Shown: in pieces, positions 59,620 to 62,299 of the stretch
How positions within the stretch are numbered: position 1 is the first letter of the stretch
Layout: every line of letters starts with the position of its first letter
Assembly: GCA_947587085.1 (NCBI GenBank)
Contig: CANPXX010000001.1
Location: forward strand, 1-62,299
Origin: an uncultured Clostridia bacterium
GTDB lineage: Bacteria > Bacillota > Clostridia > Christensenellales > Borkfalkiaceae
Direction of reading: 5' to 3'
Length of the DNA stretch: 62,299 bases
Position numbers and translations under genes: made by a program
Notes under the pieces: model-generated
What the model was told of the DNA's origin: nothing
Seen by the model: the letters and a program-made list of their open reading frames with translations, nothing else
Databases searched by the model: none

Positions 59620-61578
59620 ATGAAAAAGAATATCGGAACCAACGTATCGAGCGGCGCGAAGAAGGTGGAACGCGTGGAAGAGCTTACGCCGCAGGACGCG
59701 AACGCCAAGAGCGCTCCCGCGCCCGCGCCCAAGAAGAAGCGCACGTCGTCCAAGCGGCAAGCCGCCGTCAAACGGGAGAAAAAGGCAGCCGACCGCCGCG
59801 TGGAAGCCGCCCGCGCCCGCGCGGGGAAGAAGGAGCAGAAGCTCGAAAAGAAGGCGGAATTGAAGGCGAAGAAGCTGGAAAAGAAGGCGGCTCTCAAAGA
59901 GCAGAAGCTCGAAAAGAAGCGCGCCCTCGCGGAGCGCAAGCTCGCTAAAAAGGAAGCCCTTCAAAGGAAGAAGACGGAGCGCGCCGAGAAGAAGGCGGAG
60001 AGAAAGGCGGCGCTCAAAGAACGCCGCGTGGAGCGCCGCGCCGAGAAGATCGCCCGCAGGGAGCTCTTGAAAAACGAGACGAAGGCGGAGAAGGAGAAGC
60101 GCATCGCCCGCGAGAAGCGGGAGCACGCCGCCCTCCGCCGCAGAAAGGCGGAGGCGCGGGAGAAGGCGCGCGCCGACAGACGGCAGGCGCGGGAGAATGC
60201 GCACGCGAGAAAGGCGGAGGAGAGGAAGCACAAGCGCGAACAGAGGACGGAGCGCAGACGGCACGCGCCCGGGTTCGGCGGCTGGCTCGCCGCGGTCATC
60301 TCGCTCGGCACGGCATGCCTCGCCCTCGCGACGGTGGTCACGGCGGGCGCCATCCGCATGAACGACATCACCGTGGACGTGGAGGGCGGCTACCGCTCCA
60401 CCCTGTATGAGATGGTGTCCGTCTCCGAACAGCTCGACGACGATCTGTCCAAGCTCCGCGTCTCCTCGGGCTCCAACGAGCAGAGGAAGCTCCTCACCGA
60501 CATTCTGGTGGACGCGGCGCTCATGGAGAGCGCGCTCGAGCGCATCCCCGTGGACAACGCGACGTCCACCGACATCTCTGCGTTCGTGAACGGAACGGGC
60601 TCGTATGCGCGCACCCTCCTCGGAAGGATCGCCGCGGGCGGCACGCTCACGCCCGCCGAAAAGGAGCGCGTCGCACAGCTCTATGAGATCAACGATAAGC
60701 TCTACAACGAGCTCAACACGCTCGCGACGACCATGACGGCGGGAGAGCTCCGCGCCTTCCTCGGCGGCAACGGGCCCATCGCGGACCGCTTCGGCGAGCT
60801 GGCGCAGGGCACCAAGGAAGAACCCCGCGAGACGGAGGAAGCCCCCTTCGCGGATGAGGGGAACGTCGGCGAGAACGCGCTTTCTTCCCTTCCCGAGATC
60901 GCGCAGTCGGAGGCGGAGGAGCTCGCGCGGAAGTACTTCGAGGCGTATCACATGGCCGAGGTGCGCTTCGCGGGCGAGACGGTGGCGGCGGCGTCCTGCT
61001 ACAACTTCACCCTCATCGATGAGAACGGGTTGGAGATCTACGCCCAGATCACCAAAAACGGCGGGAAGCTCGCCTTCTTCGACACCTATGAGGCGTGCAC
61101 GCAGAAGAATTTCGACCTCGAAACGTGCGACGCGATCGCCCGCGAATATCTCGCGGGGCTGGGCATCGCCGACGTGGAGGCGGTATGGCTGTCCGACGGC
61201 GGCATGGTCGCCAACCTCACCTATACCACCGTGCGGGAGGGCGTGCGCGTCTATCCCGAGATCATCCGGATCCGCGTCTGCGAAGAGAAGGGACGCGTGG
61301 TCGGCATGGACGCGCGCGGATACCTTCTCAACGCGCGGGAACGCTCCTTCGGGGCGGCGATGGACGAGAGCGAGGCGCGCGCCCGCCTCTCGGAGGGATT
61401 ACAGCCGTACGCCGTGCATCTCGCGCTCATCCCCGTGGACGGCAGAGAGGTGCTCGCCTATGAGTACGGTTGCACCTACGGCGAGGACGAATATATCGTC
61501 TATCTCGACGCGCAAACGGGCGAAGAGGTGCAGGTGTTCCGCGTCCGTACGAGCGCAAGGGGCAGCTATCTGAGATAA
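59620..61578 (+). CDS. ypeB: Germination protein YpeB with long charged N-terminal extension
   Basis: It lies directly after sleB. TM is WLAAVISLGTACLALATVVTAGAI, followed by a YpeB-type region and C-terminal PepSY-like repeats. The first roughly 215 aa are K/E/R/A-rich. Confidence 0.8.
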   Translation: MKKNIGTNVSSGAKKVERVEELTPQDANAKSAPAPAPKKKRTSSKRQAAVKREKKAADRRVEAARARAGKKEQKLEKKAELKAKKLEKKAALKEQKLEKKRALAERKLAKKEALQRKKTERAEKKAERKAALKERRVERRAEKIARRELLKNETKAEKEKRIAREKREHAALRRRKAEAREKARADRRQARENAHARKAEERKHKREQRTERRRHAPGFGGWLAAVISLGTACLALATVVTAGAIRMNDITVDVEGGYRSTLYEMVSVSEQLDDDLSKLRVSSGSNEQRKLLTDILVDAALMESALERIPVDNATSTDISAFVNGTGSYARTLLGRIAAGGTLTPAEKERVAQLYEINDKLYNELNTLATTMTAGELRAFLGGNGPIADRFGELAQGTKEEPRETEEAPFADEGNVGENALSSLPEIAQSEAEELARKYFEAYHMAEVRFAGETVAAASCYNFTLIDENGLEIYAQITKNGGKLAFFDTYEACTQKNFDLETCDAIAREYLAGLGIADVEAVWLSDGGMVANLTYTTVREGVRVYPEIIRIRVCEEKGRVVGMDARGYLLNARERSFGAAMDESEARARLSEGLQPYAVHLALIPVDGREVLAYEYGCTYGEDEYIVYLDAQTGEEVQVFRVRTSARGSYLR

Positions 61579-61600
61579 CGCCCGATCGACAAACAGAAAG

Positions 61601-61644
61601 GGGACCCCGCCCGCGCTGATGCGCGGACGGGGTCCTGCGTTTTG
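61601..61644 (+). terminator. Intrinsic terminator after ypeB
   Basis: Stem ggaccccgcccgcgc/gcgcggacggggtcc with one mismatch, followed by TGCGTTTTGG. Confidence 0.8.
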
Positions 61645-61676
61645 GGAGGGATTTTTGCGGAGTTCGGCGCAAACGC

Positions 61677-61705
61677 TTGTCAAAAACGGGCATTTGTATT
61701 ACAAT
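61677..61705 (+). promoter_or_regulatory. Candidate promoter for trmL
   Basis: TTGTCA, a 17-nt spacer, then TACAAT. Confidence 0.55.
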
Positions 61706-61727
61706 ATCGGTGTGACGGAGGGGACCG

Positions 61728-62299
61728 ATGTTTCATGTCGTACTCGTAGAGCCCGAGATTCCGCAGAACGCGGGCAACATCGCGCGGACGTGCGCGGCGA
61801 CGGGGTGCGTACTGCATCTCGTGCGCCCGCTCGGCTTCGAGCTCTCGGATAAATACCTCAAACGGGCGGGATTGGACTATTGGAGGTATGCGGACGTGCG
61901 CGTGCACGACGACCTCCCCGCGGCGCTCGCCTCCCTCGGCGGGGCGCCCATCCGCCTCTTCACCACCAAGGCGCCCCGCGTCTACACCGAGGCGGACTAC
62001 CCCGAGGGCTGTGCCCTCCTCTTCGGCAAGGAGACGGCGGGTCTGCCTGAGGAATTGCTCGTCGCGCATGCGGAGGACTGCGTCCGAATCCCCATGCGCG
62101 AGGGACTGCGCTCGCTCAACCTCTCCAACACCGTCGCGATCGCGGTGTACGAGGGCTTGCGCCGCCACGACTTCGGCGGTCTCGCCCGCGCGGGCGCATT
62201 GCACCGCCTGTCATGGGAGGGGAGAGGCGGCTCGCCGTCCTCCTCTGCGCGGCGTTCTTCGTGCTCTATGCCGCCGCCCTGTTCCCGCCGCTCGCGGCG
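61728..62299 (+). CDS. trmL: SpoU-class tRNA 2'-O-methyltransferase TrmL (ORF open to the window end)
   Basis: The sequence is MFHVVLVEPEIPQNAGNIARTCAATGCVLHLVRPLGFELSDKYLKRAGLDYW...LLFGKETAGLP...IPM....RSLNLSNTVAIAVYE. It is absent from the ORF track because no stop codon occurs before position 62299. Confidence 0.8.
   Translation, partial: MFHVVLVEPEIPQNAGNIARTCAATGCVLHLVRPLGFELSDKYLKRAGLDYWRYADVRVHDDLPAALASLGGAPIRLFTTKAPRVYTEADYPEGCALLFGKETAGLPEELLVAHAEDCVRIPMREGLRSLNLSNTVAIAVYEGLRRHDFGGLARAGALHRLSWEGRGGSPSSSARRSSCSMPPPCSRRSR
62213..62299 (+). CDS. Possible start of a membrane or secreted protein overlapping the trmL tail (partial)
   Basis: ATG 62213 in another frame encodes MGGERRLAVLLCAAFFVLYAAALFPPLAA, which is signal- or TM-like. 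Confidence 0.25.
   Translation, partial: MGGERRLAVLLCAAFFVLYAAALFPPLAA

Noticed and set aside
57475-60951. 1158-aa minus-strand ORF
   Set aside because: It lies antisense to ansA, sleB and ypeB and spans two intergenic regions, including a strong terminator, so it is a shadow ORF.
1-62299. Mobile genetic elements or prophage
   Set aside because: No transposase, integrase, recombinase or phage structural genes were recognised. The tRNA at the window edge is not followed by an integrase.

Overview
This is a high-GC chromosomal window from what looks like a spore-forming Clostridia-type Firmicute. The lineage call rests on sleB-ypeB, cdaA, comEC-holA, lon-engB, a Phe T-box leader and near-consensus TTGACA/TATAAT promoters. 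Most of the window is housekeeping: a partial tRNA-Ser, a P-type ATPase, serS, a DEDDh exonuclease, an RsmB/F-type methyltransferase, ppx, maf and an MreB-like gene. It also carries comEC, holA, cdaA, aspartate kinase, upp, engB, lon, rpsB-tsf, a five-gene split glutamate synthase cluster, T-box-pheST, two Wzz-like genes, ansA, sleB-ypeB and trmL. I saw no rRNA, CRISPR array, transposase, integrase or phage genes. The many long ORFs antisense to real genes are high-GC shadow ORFs. The standout is a roughly 17-kb, eight-gene, single-strand operon at 14.39-31.52 kb, bounded by hairpin terminators. Its candidate promoter has a G9 tract inside the -35/-10 spacer. The operon encodes three membrane-tethered McrB-family AAA+ paralogues. 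Two have intact Walker A, Walker B and NxxD motifs, and the third is degenerate and fused to a signal-less GH3-like domain. It also encodes an McrC/DUF2357-like protein whose nuclease region appears to be replaced by a long coiled coil. The last two genes encode a DFPW acidic Trp/Pro repeat protein and a 1776-aa MBG-repeat protein. I know of no described system with this composition. Secondary observations include a 36-codon CdaR-like remnant after cdaA, two mosaic intergenic repeat islands, and a split TauE/SafE pair. Others are a ComEC with an apparently degenerate metallo-beta-lactamase domain and a YpeB with a long charged N-terminal extension. All family assignments come from motif recognition by eye and need profile searches.
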